From positions 1 through 24,373 of the forward strand of contig JAYEOM010000015.1 of assembly GCA_034722955.1 (NCBI GenBank): 24,373 nucleotides of DNA. Reading direction: 5' to 3'. The translations under genes and the position numbers were made by a program. Below the pieces are notes generated by a model. The model saw only the letters and a list, made by a program, of their open reading frames with translations, had not been told where the DNA came from and ran no database searches. This DNA comes from Campylobacterota bacterium (GTDB lineage Bacteria > Campylobacterota > Campylobacteria > Campylobacterales > Sulfurovaceae). Numbering within the stretch: the stretch's first letter is position 1; the number at the start of each line of letters is the position of its first letter. Of this stretch, positions 16,317 to 24,373 are shown piece after piece.

Positions 16317-17413
16317 GTATTGCTACAGCCCAAGCCACGCTAAAGTTTGCAAAAAAATTCTCACACTATAAAGATTTTTATATACAATCAAATAATCTGA
16401 TATTCTCTAAACTAGGTTTAGGAACCTTTGTCAAAGAGCCTTATAAAGAGGAGAACTATGTTTTTCACTATATAGAGGCAGTCAAAGAGGCAGTACGGTC
16501 TGGGATAAACCATATAGATACAGCGAGTAACTATAGATATGGTCAGAGTGAAAAAGAGATCGGTATAGCACTCCAAGAGCTAGGAGATGAGATCAAGCGA
16601 GAGGAGCTTATCATCACCTCAAAAGGAGGCTTCATACAGCTTGAGTATCCATTTCCTGAAAATCCTTATCACTGGATAGAGGAGAATATCATCCAAAATG
16701 GCTTGGCAAGTAGTGAGGATATAGAGATGGATCAGCACTGTATGACTCCTGACTTTTTGGAGTGGTCTTGTAGGAGAAGTTTGGAAAATGTCGGTGTAGA
16801 TGCTTTTGATATCTACTACCTGCACAATCCAGAGATGCAAAAACTCCGACTAGGAAAAAAAGAGTTCTACAAACAGATAGAAGCCATCTTCAAACGCTTT
16901 GAAAAGCTCGCAGATGAGGGACTATTTAGCTCCTACGGAGTGGCAGTTTGGAATGGTTTTATCGCTGAAAATGAGGAGCGTATTAGCCTCGAAAAGCTTG
17001 TAGAGATAGCCAAAAAGGTAGGTGGAGAGAATCATAGATTTAGATATATTCAGACCCCTTTTAATATGGGAAAATCTACTATCTATACCCTAGAGACCCA
17101 AAAGGTAGGAGGAGACTCCTGCACACTGCTCCAAGCTGCACATAGACTCGGTATAGGGGTCATCGGCTCATCATCACTGTTTCAGATGAACCTCTTCAAG
17201 AAATCATTTACAGCAGAGAGTGGTGCGATACTTGACCAGAGCATGACACTCAGTAGTGATATACAGCTAGCACTACAGTTTGTCCGCTCTACGCCAGGGA
17301 TAGTCTCTAGTCTGTTTGGCTCTAGAGCTCCTATACATATCAAGGAGAATTGTCAAATAGCCCAAATCAAAGCAAGCAAACGAGAGAGATATGATCTCCT
17401 CTATAGGCTCTAG
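16313..17413 (+). CDS. Aldo/keto reductase family protein
   Basis: SKLGLGT, GINHIDTASNYRYGQSEKEIG, IITSKGG, DIYYLHNPE; ATG 16313 coupled to the small ORF. Confidence 0.9.
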   Translation: MSIATAQATLKFAKKFSHYKDFYIQSNNLIFSKLGLGTFVKEPYKEENYVFHYIEAVKEAVRSGINHIDTASNYRYGQSEKEIGIALQELGDEIKREELIITSKGGFIQLEYPFPENPYHWIEENIIQNGLASSEDIEMDQHCMTPDFLEWSCRRSLENVGVDAFDIYYLHNPEMQKLRLGKKEFYKQIEAIFKRFEKLADEGLFSSYGVAVWNGFIAENEERISLEKLVEIAKKVGGENHRFRYIQTPFNMGKSTIYTLETQKVGGDSCTLLQAAHRLGIGVIGSSSLFQMNLFKKSFTAESGAILDQSMTLSSDIQLALQFVRSTPGIVSSLFGSRAPIHIKENCQIAQIKASKRERYDLLYRL

Positions 17414-17415
17414 TG

Positions 17416-19056
17416 ATGATCTATGATGTAGTAGTAGTTGGAGGTGGAATAGCAGGACTCATGGCAGCAATAGAAGCTCGTAGTATCAATAATAAAGTAG
17501 CACTCATAACCAAGGGTAATCTCTTTAAATCCAACTCTTCTATGGCAAGTGGCGGTATCAATGCGGTGCTTGACTATGGAGATAGGGATGCCATAGCCAA
17601 ACATGTAAAAGATACACTCAAGGGGAGTTATGGTCTTGGCGATGAGAAGAGTATCGATACACTCTGCAAACACGCCCCTCGCATCATAAAGAAACTCAGC
17701 TACTATGGTGTCGAGTTTGACAAAAATGAAGAGGGAGCTATCGCCCAGAGGAGTTTTGGTGGGGGGAGTGAGAAGAGAACCTGTTTCGTAGGAGATCGTA
17801 CAGGCTCAGCCATCACTCAAGCACTGATCAAAAAAGCCAAAAGTGTAGGTGTGAAATTTTTGGTCAACACCTTTGTGATGAATCTCACATATACAGGCAA
17901 ACGAGTAAGTGGCGTGATAGCCTTGAGGCGTTTTGACTCCTCTGTGGTGGTCTATCTCTCAAAGGCAGTTATATTGGCTGGTGGAGGATATGCAGGTATC
18001 TATAGAGGCTACTCTACCAATGCTCCTGACTATAGCGGTGATATGCATGCCCTAGCACTGCGTGCAGGTTTAGCACTCCAAGATATGGAGTTTGTACAGT
18101 TTCACCCTACAGGTTTCGTCAAGACCAGCTATCTTGTCAGTGAAGCGGCACGAGGAGAGGGTGGGTATCTTATCAATAGTGAAGGCAATAGATTTGTCGA
18201 TGAGCTAGGTACACGGGATGTTGTCTCTCGTGCCATATCCAAAGAGATGGCAGAGGGCAAAGAGGTCTTCATCGACCTGCGTCACCTCAGCCAAGAGCAT
18301 ATAGAGCAGAAGCTCCCATCTCTCTACAAGAGTGCCTATAATCAAGCAGGTATAGATATCAGCAAAGAGCTACTCCCTATCAAGCCTGTAGCACACTATA
18401 GTATGGGAGGTATACAAGCCAATATGAGCAATACATCTATGCGTGGTCTCTTCGTATGTGGCGAGTGTGCCGCCAATGGAGTCCACGGAGCCAATAGATT
18501 GGGTGGGAACTCTCTGCTAGAGGCAGCGGTTTTTGGTGAGATAGCAGGTATGGAAGCACGCAACTTTATCCGAAACAGAGAGCTACTCCCTATAGACTAC
18601 AACCAAGTGATCAAAGAGATCAAGTTGGTAGATAGGATTTTTGACCAAGAGACCTCCAAAAACTTCAATGCGATACGCGTCTCTCTAGGCAAGATGATGT
18701 TTGAAAAGGTAGGTATTACGAGAGATGAGCAGAGTCTTACGGATGCTTTTTCTTACCTAAGCTACCTACGAAGTGAGGTCAAGACACTGCACTGTATCAA
18801 CAAGGAGAGAACTAACAATGTAGAGCTCATCTCCATCCTAGAGCTTAGAAATGCTCTGGAGGTAGCAGAAGCAGTGGTACTGAGTGCACAGAAACGGACA
18901 GAGAGTCGTGGGGCTCACTATCGTAGTGATTATGCACAGATGCGTAGTGAAATGGCTTTTCCTATGGTTGTCACAGAGTTTAAACCAAACTTCTTTCGAG
19001 TTGGTTTTGAAAAAAATAGATTTATAGACAATCTAAGAAAATTTATAAAAGGATAA
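17416..19056 (+). CDS. FAD-dependent oxidoreductase of the SdhA/FrdA/NadB family, no Fe-S or anchor subunit adjacent
   Basis: GGGIAG, MEFVQFHPTG, SEAARGEGG, RDVVSRAI, HYSMGG, HGANRLGGNSL, ESRGAHYRSD. GTG at 17413 is an alternative start. Confidence 0.9.
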   Translation: MIYDVVVVGGGIAGLMAAIEARSINNKVALITKGNLFKSNSSMASGGINAVLDYGDRDAIAKHVKDTLKGSYGLGDEKSIDTLCKHAPRIIKKLSYYGVEFDKNEEGAIAQRSFGGGSEKRTCFVGDRTGSAITQALIKKAKSVGVKFLVNTFVMNLTYTGKRVSGVIALRRFDSSVVVYLSKAVILAGGGYAGIYRGYSTNAPDYSGDMHALALRAGLALQDMEFVQFHPTGFVKTSYLVSEAARGEGGYLINSEGNRFVDELGTRDVVSRAISKEMAEGKEVFIDLRHLSQEHIEQKLPSLYKSAYNQAGIDISKELLPIKPVAHYSMGGIQANMSNTSMRGLFVCGECAANGVHGANRLGGNSLLEAAVFGEIAGMEARNFIRNRELLPIDYNQVIKEIKLVDRIFDQETSKNFNAIRVSLGKMMFEKVGITRDEQSLTDAFSYLSYLRSEVKTLHCINKERTNNVELISILELRNALEVAEAVVLSAQKRTESRGAHYRSDYAQMRSEMAFPMVVTEFKPNFFRVGFEKNRFIDNLRKFIKG

Positions 19057-19059
19057 AAG

Positions 19060-19269
19060 ATGGCAAAAGTAATGTTGAGAGAGAATGAAGGCGTAACCTA
19101 CTTCTATGTAGCAAAAAAAGATATGGAAGAGATCATAGAGAGTATAGAGTTTGATAGCCAAGAGAAGTGGGGTGGCGAAGTGGAGCTAGGCAATGGTGAG
19201 ACATGGTGGATAAAACCTGAAGCAAAAAACCTGCCCAAAGAGACAACTTGCAAAAAAATTGCAGACTGA
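19060..19269 (+). CDS. nifT: NifT/FixU
   Basis: KVMLR..YVAKKDMEE..WGG.VELGNG..W. Confidence 0.9.
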   Translation: MAKVMLRENEGVTYFYVAKKDMEEIIESIEFDSQEKWGGEVELGNGETWWIKPEAKNLPKETTCKKIAD

Positions 19270-19350
19270 TTAATATTTATACAAAAATATGAGTAAAAAG
19301 ATAGAGAATATGGTGTATAAATAGTCATAAAATAAAATAAAGTGTGGATT

Positions 19351-20874
19351 ATGAATAAAAAATGTGAAGTGTGTCTAACTCATAAAGAGCTAGTAGTACT
19401 CAATGAGATATCTCATCTGATCTCTGACTCTCGTGGTAATATTATCAAAGCTTTAGAGAAATCGTTAACTACTTTAACACATGAGTTATATTTGGAAAAT
19501 AGTGTTATCTATAGATTAGAAGACGAAGAGCTCAATATCTATACTGCACCAAACTTTAATAAACAACAAAAACTCATTGCCTCATATAGGCTAGGAGAGG
19601 GGGCAACAGGATTGGCTGCTCAAACTAAAGAGCCGATTGTTGTGGAAAACATTCATAATGACCTTATGTTTCTCAATAAAACAGGAAATAAAAATAGTGA
19701 AACACTCTCCTATGTAGCAGTACCTATGGTAGTAGAGGATAGGGTGATTGGTGTATTGGCAGCTAACCTCACGAAGCAGACGCTTATGGATTTTGAGCAG
19801 GCGATACAAATATTGACTATCGCAAGCTCACTCTTTGGTCAGTCAATCAATTCACATATGATAGTAGAGCGAGAGAAAGAGCGTTTGACAGAACTCAAAC
19901 AGTATTATAAAATGGAGTGGGATGCAAAGGTGCATAATTTTGGTGATTTTGTGGGTAGTAGTCCCAAGATGAAGCAGGTGTTTCAAATAGTAGAGAGGAT
20001 AGCCCAGTCAAATGTCACTATATTGGTCAGAGGAGAGACAGGTACAGGAAAAGAGCTCGTAGCCGCTGCTGTACATAAGAGGAGCAAAAGAGCTGATGAG
20101 CCTTTTGTCAAGCTAAACTGTGCTGCTATCTCTGATACTCTACTAGAGAGTGAACTCTTTGGACATGAAAAAGGTGCATTTACCGATGCAAAAGAGATGC
20201 GAAAGGGGCGTTTTGAACTTGCTGATGGGGGGACACTCTTTCTTGATGAGATAGGTGATATCTCTGCCTCAGCACAGGTGAAGCTATTACGAGTACTTCA
20301 AGAAAGAGAGTTTGAGAGAGTCGGTGGATCCAAGACGGTCAAAGTCAATGTCAGACTAGTCGCAGCAACCAACAGAAACCTCGAAGAGATGGTAAAAGAT
20401 GGAGAGTTCAGAGAAGATCTCTACTATAGACTCAATGTCATCCCTATCAACCTCCCACCACTGCGAGAGCGAGGGGATGATATAGAGCTCTTAGTAAACT
20501 TCTTTTTAGAACGCTCTATCAAAAATCACAAAAAGTTAGTGACTATCGATGATGAAGCGATGAAGATATTGATGCTCTATCCTTGGCCTGGCAATGTCCG
20601 TGAACTAGAAAACACCATAGAGCGGATAGTACTGATGGGGAGTGAAGAGGGGATAAGTGCCTCAGATATGCAACTCCTCCTTCCTGCTCTCAAGCAAGAA
20701 GGAAATGCTAGAACTATCTCTAGCTCTCCTATGGAGGGAACGCTAGAAGAGATAGAGAAAGAAGCCATCATCCAAGCATTAGAACAGTGTGATGGCAACT
20801 CAAAAGAAGCAGCAGAAATCTTAGGGATTACTGCTAGGCAGATAGGATATAAGGTGAAAAAATATGGAATATGA
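19351..20874 (+). CDS. nifA: NifA-type sigma54 activator (GAF, AAA+, Fis-HTH)
   Basis: GAF (YRLGEG..G, F LNKT, VPM), GETGTGKE, ESELFGHEKGAFTDA, LFLDEIG, FREDLYYRLNV, WPGNVRELEN, C-terminal AAEILGITARQIGYK. Confidence 0.9.
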   Translation: MNKKCEVCLTHKELVVLNEISHLISDSRGNIIKALEKSLTTLTHELYLENSVIYRLEDEELNIYTAPNFNKQQKLIASYRLGEGATGLAAQTKEPIVVENIHNDLMFLNKTGNKNSETLSYVAVPMVVEDRVIGVLAANLTKQTLMDFEQAIQILTIASSLFGQSINSHMIVEREKERLTELKQYYKMEWDAKVHNFGDFVGSSPKMKQVFQIVERIAQSNVTILVRGETGTGKELVAAAVHKRSKRADEPFVKLNCAAISDTLLESELFGHEKGAFTDAKEMRKGRFELADGGTLFLDEIGDISASAQVKLLRVLQEREFERVGGSKTVKVNVRLVAATNRNLEEMVKDGEFREDLYYRLNVIPINLPPLRERGDDIELLVNFFLERSIKNHKKLVTIDDEAMKILMLYPWPGNVRELENTIERIVLMGSEEGISASDMQLLLPALKQEGNARTISSSPMEGTLEEIEKEAIIQALEQCDGNSKEAAEILGITARQIGYKVKKYGI

Positions 20875-21403
20875 AATAGTATATAAAGGTGAAGGCAATC
20901 AACTCACTGAAGATTTTATTGATGTAGGGTATATGGCGGAGAGTATAGAGGTAGAGGATGCCTATGGCAAAAATATCACACTTCAGCGAAGCCATGCACG
21001 CAGAGCGATGACTCTCTTCATCTCTTTTCCTAATGCAGACAGTGGGTTTTTCAAAGAGATAGAGGCGATAGATAAGTTCATGAGTAATATCCAAGTAGAT
21101 ATTCACTGCTACTTTATCTTCTCTGCCAAAGTAGAAGCAAAAGCGATACTCAAAAATAGATTAGAGAAATTTCAAGTAGTTTTTGATACAGAGAATGAGT
21201 TTGGCTCTATGTATGGTACAGAGATTGTCAATGGAAACCTAGAGGGACTGCTGACAAAGTCACTCTTTTTGATCAGTAAAGATGGGGCGCTCTTCTATCT
21301 CGATATGCCTCATGATTTGGATACGCCATTGGATTTAGAGAGACTACAGATAGAGCTAAACAAAGCCTATACTACATATACAGGAGTTGGATGTCATGGA
21401 TAA
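20864..21403 (+). CDS. Thioredoxin-fold, Tpx-like protein lacking the peroxidatic Cys
   Basis: YKGEGNQL..DVG..A, LFISFPNADSG, FGSMYG..I..G.LEGLLTKSLFLISKDG align in pattern with thiol peroxidase Tpx. Confidence 0.65.
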   Translation: MEYEIVYKGEGNQLTEDFIDVGYMAESIEVEDAYGKNITLQRSHARRAMTLFISFPNADSGFFKEIEAIDKFMSNIQVDIHCYFIFSAKVEAKAILKNRLEKFQVVFDTENEFGSMYGTEIVNGNLEGLLTKSLFLISKDGALFYLDMPHDLDTPLDLERLQIELNKAYTTYTGVGCHG

Positions 21404-22217
21404 TATAAAACAAGCACTACAAGATGGGAGCTTAGTACCCTTTTTGGGTATGGGTGTCTTCTATGAGACCAAAGCCACAGATGGTACTCCACTACCATAC
21501 GATAGTGATAGTATGATACTCGCTCTCAATAATGGACGAGCTATGAGTGATAGACTCATGTATGAGTACAGTAGAGCGGCTATGAGCCTAGAGCAGAGAA
21601 AGGGGCGAGAGTATATCATACAGATGACCAACCATATCTATAGCTCCAAAGAGTATGAGTTGCCATATGCCTATCAAGTTTTCAAAAAGCTCCAACCAAA
21701 ATATCTAATAGATACCAATCTCGATGATAGTGGGTGCAAGGTCTATGAGGATGTCGATCACTTTATGGTGACAGGTGTTTCACGGATTATGGCAGACTAT
21801 GATAGGTTTGTGGTCTATAGATATGATGCGAGTAGCAAAACATACAGCCAAGTAGACAAAACTACCCTTGATGATAGCTTGCCTATACTCTTCAAGCCTA
21901 TGGGGTCAACTATTCCTGAGATGAACTTCATCATTAGTGATGCGGATTTTGTTGATTGGCTCACTGAAGCTATGGGTGGCTATGCTATCCCTCCACTCCT
22001 CAAAGAGTACAAACAAGATAAGAGCTATCTCTTTTTGGGTGTGGACTTTAGTCGTGATACCTACCGTATGGTCGCCAATGAGATTACGCTAGGACTCAAA
22101 GATGGGCTAGTAGTGAGCCAAAAAGAGAATTTGACCAAAAAAGAGATCAAGTTCCTCGCTAATCACCAGCTGACACAGATCAACGAAGATACAGATAGCT
22201 TTCTGAAGTATTTGTAA
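21396..22217 (+). CDS. SIR2-like domain protein (SIR2_2 type)
   Basis: LVPFLGMG, IDTNLD, LFKPMGS, FIISDADF, YLFLGVDF match SIR2_2 motifs (FxGAG, TTNYD, KxHG, LFxGYS); AGGAG RBS. Confidence 0.75.
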   Translation: MDNIKQALQDGSLVPFLGMGVFYETKATDGTPLPYDSDSMILALNNGRAMSDRLMYEYSRAAMSLEQRKGREYIIQMTNHIYSSKEYELPYAYQVFKKLQPKYLIDTNLDDSGCKVYEDVDHFMVTGVSRIMADYDRFVVYRYDASSKTYSQVDKTTLDDSLPILFKPMGSTIPEMNFIISDADFVDWLTEAMGGYAIPPLLKEYKQDKSYLFLGVDFSRDTYRMVANEITLGLKDGLVVSQKENLTKKEIKFLANHQLTQINEDTDSFLKYL

Positions 22218-23434
22218 TGAGTAGTGATTTGATCTGTGATTTTTGTGGCAAAGGCGTAGAGCAGGTAGAGAAGATATTTAGTGCAGAAAACGCACATATC
22301 TGTAGTGAGTGTATCGCAACCTGCTCTACTGTCCTACACAAGGAGCTTCTACGCAAAACCAAAAAAGAGTTCCAAAGAGGTCTCAGCGTCCCCATCAAGA
22401 TCAAAGAGCATCTCGACAACTATGTCATAGGTCAAGAGGAGGCAAAAAAGGTACTCGCAGTAGCACTCTACAGCCACTACAAGAGGATAGACAAACCAAT
22501 CCTCAATGATATAGAGATAGAAAAGAGCAATATCCTACTTATGGGACCGACAGGGAGTGGAAAGACACTACTTGCCAAATCTCTAGCCAAGATTATGAAT
22601 GTGCCGTTTGCAGTAGCAGATGCTACAGCTCTGACAGAGGCTGGATATGTAGGGGAGGATGTAGAGTCTATACTCTCTAGGCTACTTGCAGCTGCTGACT
22701 ATGAGATAGAGCAAGCCCAACATGGTATCATCTACATAGATGAGATAGACAAGATAGCCAACAAAAGCGAGAGCGCCACAAGCGGTCGTGATGTATCAGG
22801 TGAGGGGGTACAGCAAGGACTACTCAAGATACTAGAGGGCGGTGAAGTCTATGTCCCACTCAAAGGGAGTCGCAAAAGCTCATCGGCTGAGACTATACTC
22901 TTTGACACTACGCATATACTCTTTATATGTGGAGGTGCGTTTGTGGGATTGAACAACAAACATCAAAAAGCCAAATCCCTAGTAGATAAGCAGATGGGTT
23001 TTCTCAAAGATAGTGCAGAAGTCGAAAGTAAAGAGATAGAGTCAAAAGACTTGATAAGTTATGGACTTATCCCTGAGTTTATGGGGCGTATCCCTGTACT
23101 AGCTACACTCAACGAGCTCTCAGTAGAGGATCTCGTCAGAGTTCTCAAAGAGCCCAAAAATGCTATCATCAAACAGTACCAAGCCCTCTTTGAACTCGAT
23201 GGTATAGATCTAGAGTTTAGTGATGATGCACTAGAGACCATAGCGATAGAGGCTCAAGAGAAGGGTGTAGGTGCAAGAGGATTGCGTGGTATCATAGAAA
23301 AAATCATGCTCCCACTCCAATACGAACTCCCATCCAAAGATGATATAGACAAATGTATCATAACCAAAGAGTATATAGAGAAGAGTGCTGATATAACCCT
23401 CGTCAAGATAGAGGAGGAGCGAGAGAATGGATGA
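22217..23434 (+). CDS. clpX: ATP-dependent Clp protease ATPase ClpX (nif-linked copy)
   Basis: Zn finger [54 protein letters not shown]. Confidence 0.95.
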   Translation: MSSDLICDFCGKGVEQVEKIFSAENAHICSECIATCSTVLHKELLRKTKKEFQRGLSVPIKIKEHLDNYVIGQEEAKKVLAVALYSHYKRIDKPILNDIEIEKSNILLMGPTGSGKTLLAKSLAKIMNVPFAVADATALTEAGYVGEDVESILSRLLAAADYEIEQAQHGIIYIDEIDKIANKSESATSGRDVSGEGVQQGLLKILEGGEVYVPLKGSRKSSSAETILFDTTHILFICGGAFVGLNNKHQKAKSLVDKQMGFLKDSAEVESKEIESKDLISYGLIPEFMGRIPVLATLNELSVEDLVRVLKEPKNAIIKQYQALFELDGIDLEFSDDALETIAIEAQEKGVGARGLRGIIEKIMLPLQYELPSKDDIDKCIITKEYIEKSADITLVKIEEERENG

Positions 23435-23777
23435 TATGTCCTATATGTATGAGTGGGCAAAAACCTACGATTTTGATGAGGTAGAACTCCAATATATGAC
23501 TATCCTAGCACTCAAAATCCTAGATAACCAGTGCAAGATGGATTATGACAATTATAATCTCTTCATGTCCGTCTACGACGGCATAGACGACAAAAACCCC
23601 TCACCTTTTGACAAAAAAGTACACGAGATCATAGCCCAAGCCCGAACAGCAGACCCCATCATCCCAAAAGAGGAGTACAAAGAGAGCATCTCTGCTCTCA
23701 GAGTAGTCATGATGAAAGATATGCAAAAGCCTCTGATGAAGAAGTTTAAGGGCTTGGTTTGGGGGAGTATGTGTTAG
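23427..23777 (+). CDS. Hypothetical protein (116 aa)
   Basis: Overlaps the clpX end, GAGGAG upstream, codon usage like its neighbours; no recognisable motif. Confidence 0.75.
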   Translation: MDDMSYMYEWAKTYDFDEVELQYMTILALKILDNQCKMDYDNYNLFMSVYDGIDDKNPSPFDKKVHEIIAQARTADPIIPKEEYKESISALRVVMMKDMQKPLMKKFKGLVWGSMC

Positions 23778-23881
23778 AATTATCCCTTATAAAATAAAAA
23801 TAAGATGAATTTAGTTTAACTCCAACGAATTATGTTATATATATGTTATAATTTTTGAAATAGAGAAAAAGGAGTAATCAA

Positions 23882-24178
23882 ATGGTAATTAACATCAAAA
23901 ATGAGACTGGTGGATTTGATTTTGTTGGCTCAAGAGGTGCAGGTGAAATCATTAGAAAAAAAATGAAAAAAGAGCTTGACAAGGGCAATACTGTCACTCT
24001 TGATTTTATTGGTATAGAACAAGTAACACAATCTTTTATAGATGAGTTCTTTGGTATATTTATTAGAGCTTTTGGTATGGAATACATCCGAGGTAATGTA
24101 TTACTTGTCAATGCAACTCAAGGGATAAAAGATACTATAAATTTTGTTATCAAATATTCTAAAGAGAGAGTAGCCTAA
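23882..24178 (+). CDS. STAS-like domain protein (DUF4325-like)
   Basis: SRGAGE..VTLDFIGIEQVTQSFIDEFFG; AAGGAG RBS; more AT-rich than the nif genes. Confidence 0.8.
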   Translation: MVINIKNETGGFDFVGSRGAGEIIRKKMKKELDKGNTVTLDFIGIEQVTQSFIDEFFGIFIRAFGMEYIRGNVLLVNATQGIKDTINFVIKYSKERVA

Positions 24179-24373
24179 AAGAAATCATCATCATCTTCGT
24201 CTATTTTCCATAAATAATTTTTTTTAAAATAATCCATATTATAGTTTATACTTTTCATATATTTATCACCTCATTGAAATTCTATCATAACTACAATAGA
24301 AGTCATATTAATATCTATTTCACTTTATTTTAAACTCATGGAGTCAAATCCCTTCAATCATCACCTCATTCCC

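Noticed and set aside
20160..20190. GAFTDA instead of GAFTGA as a sign of inactive NifA
   Set aside because: GAFTDA occurs in functional sigma54 activators, including Campylobacterota FlgR-type proteins; the other AAA+ motifs are intact.
21396..22217. SIR2 protein as an anti-phage system (Thoeris, DSR, Sir2-HerA)
   Set aside because: No TIR, HerA or Argonaute partner; it is embedded and translationally coupled in the nifA operon with host-like codon usage.

Overview
AT-rich (~38% GC by eye) Campylobacterota-type sequence (Sulfurovum/Sulfurimonas-like, inferred from protein style and the GGAAC-type sigma54 motif) carrying the accessory and regulatory half of a nitrogen-fixation cluster. Minus strand: Sel1-Nfu fusion, NifX-like protein, flavodiiron protein, nifQ-like, nifS, nifU, PAS protein. 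Plus strand: nifE, nifN, nifX, NifX-associated protein, flavodoxin, nifW, nifZ, two [2Fe-2S] ferredoxins (the first FeSII/Shethna-like), rpoN, an unannotated 34-aa membrane peptide, aldo-keto reductase, orphan SdhA/NadB-like flavoprotein, nifT, nifA, Cys-less Tpx-like protein, SIR2-like protein, clpX and two small proteins. nifHDK, nifB and nifV are not in the window. Five sigma54 -24/-12 promoters are visible, and an identical 16-bp motif precedes both rpoN and nifA. An XRE regulator and an AAA/DUF4143 ATPase flanked by 23-bp inverted repeats sit between the divergent nif operons. Intergenic DNA is packed with GTAG-foot REP/REPIN elements, a 151-bp multi-hairpin repeat and two MITE families, some nested and some supplying stop codons. 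Two apparent microhomology-joined deletions (inside nifU, and at the hemerythrin/PAS junction) could be real or assembly artefacts. All family assignments come from motif recognition; no searches were run.
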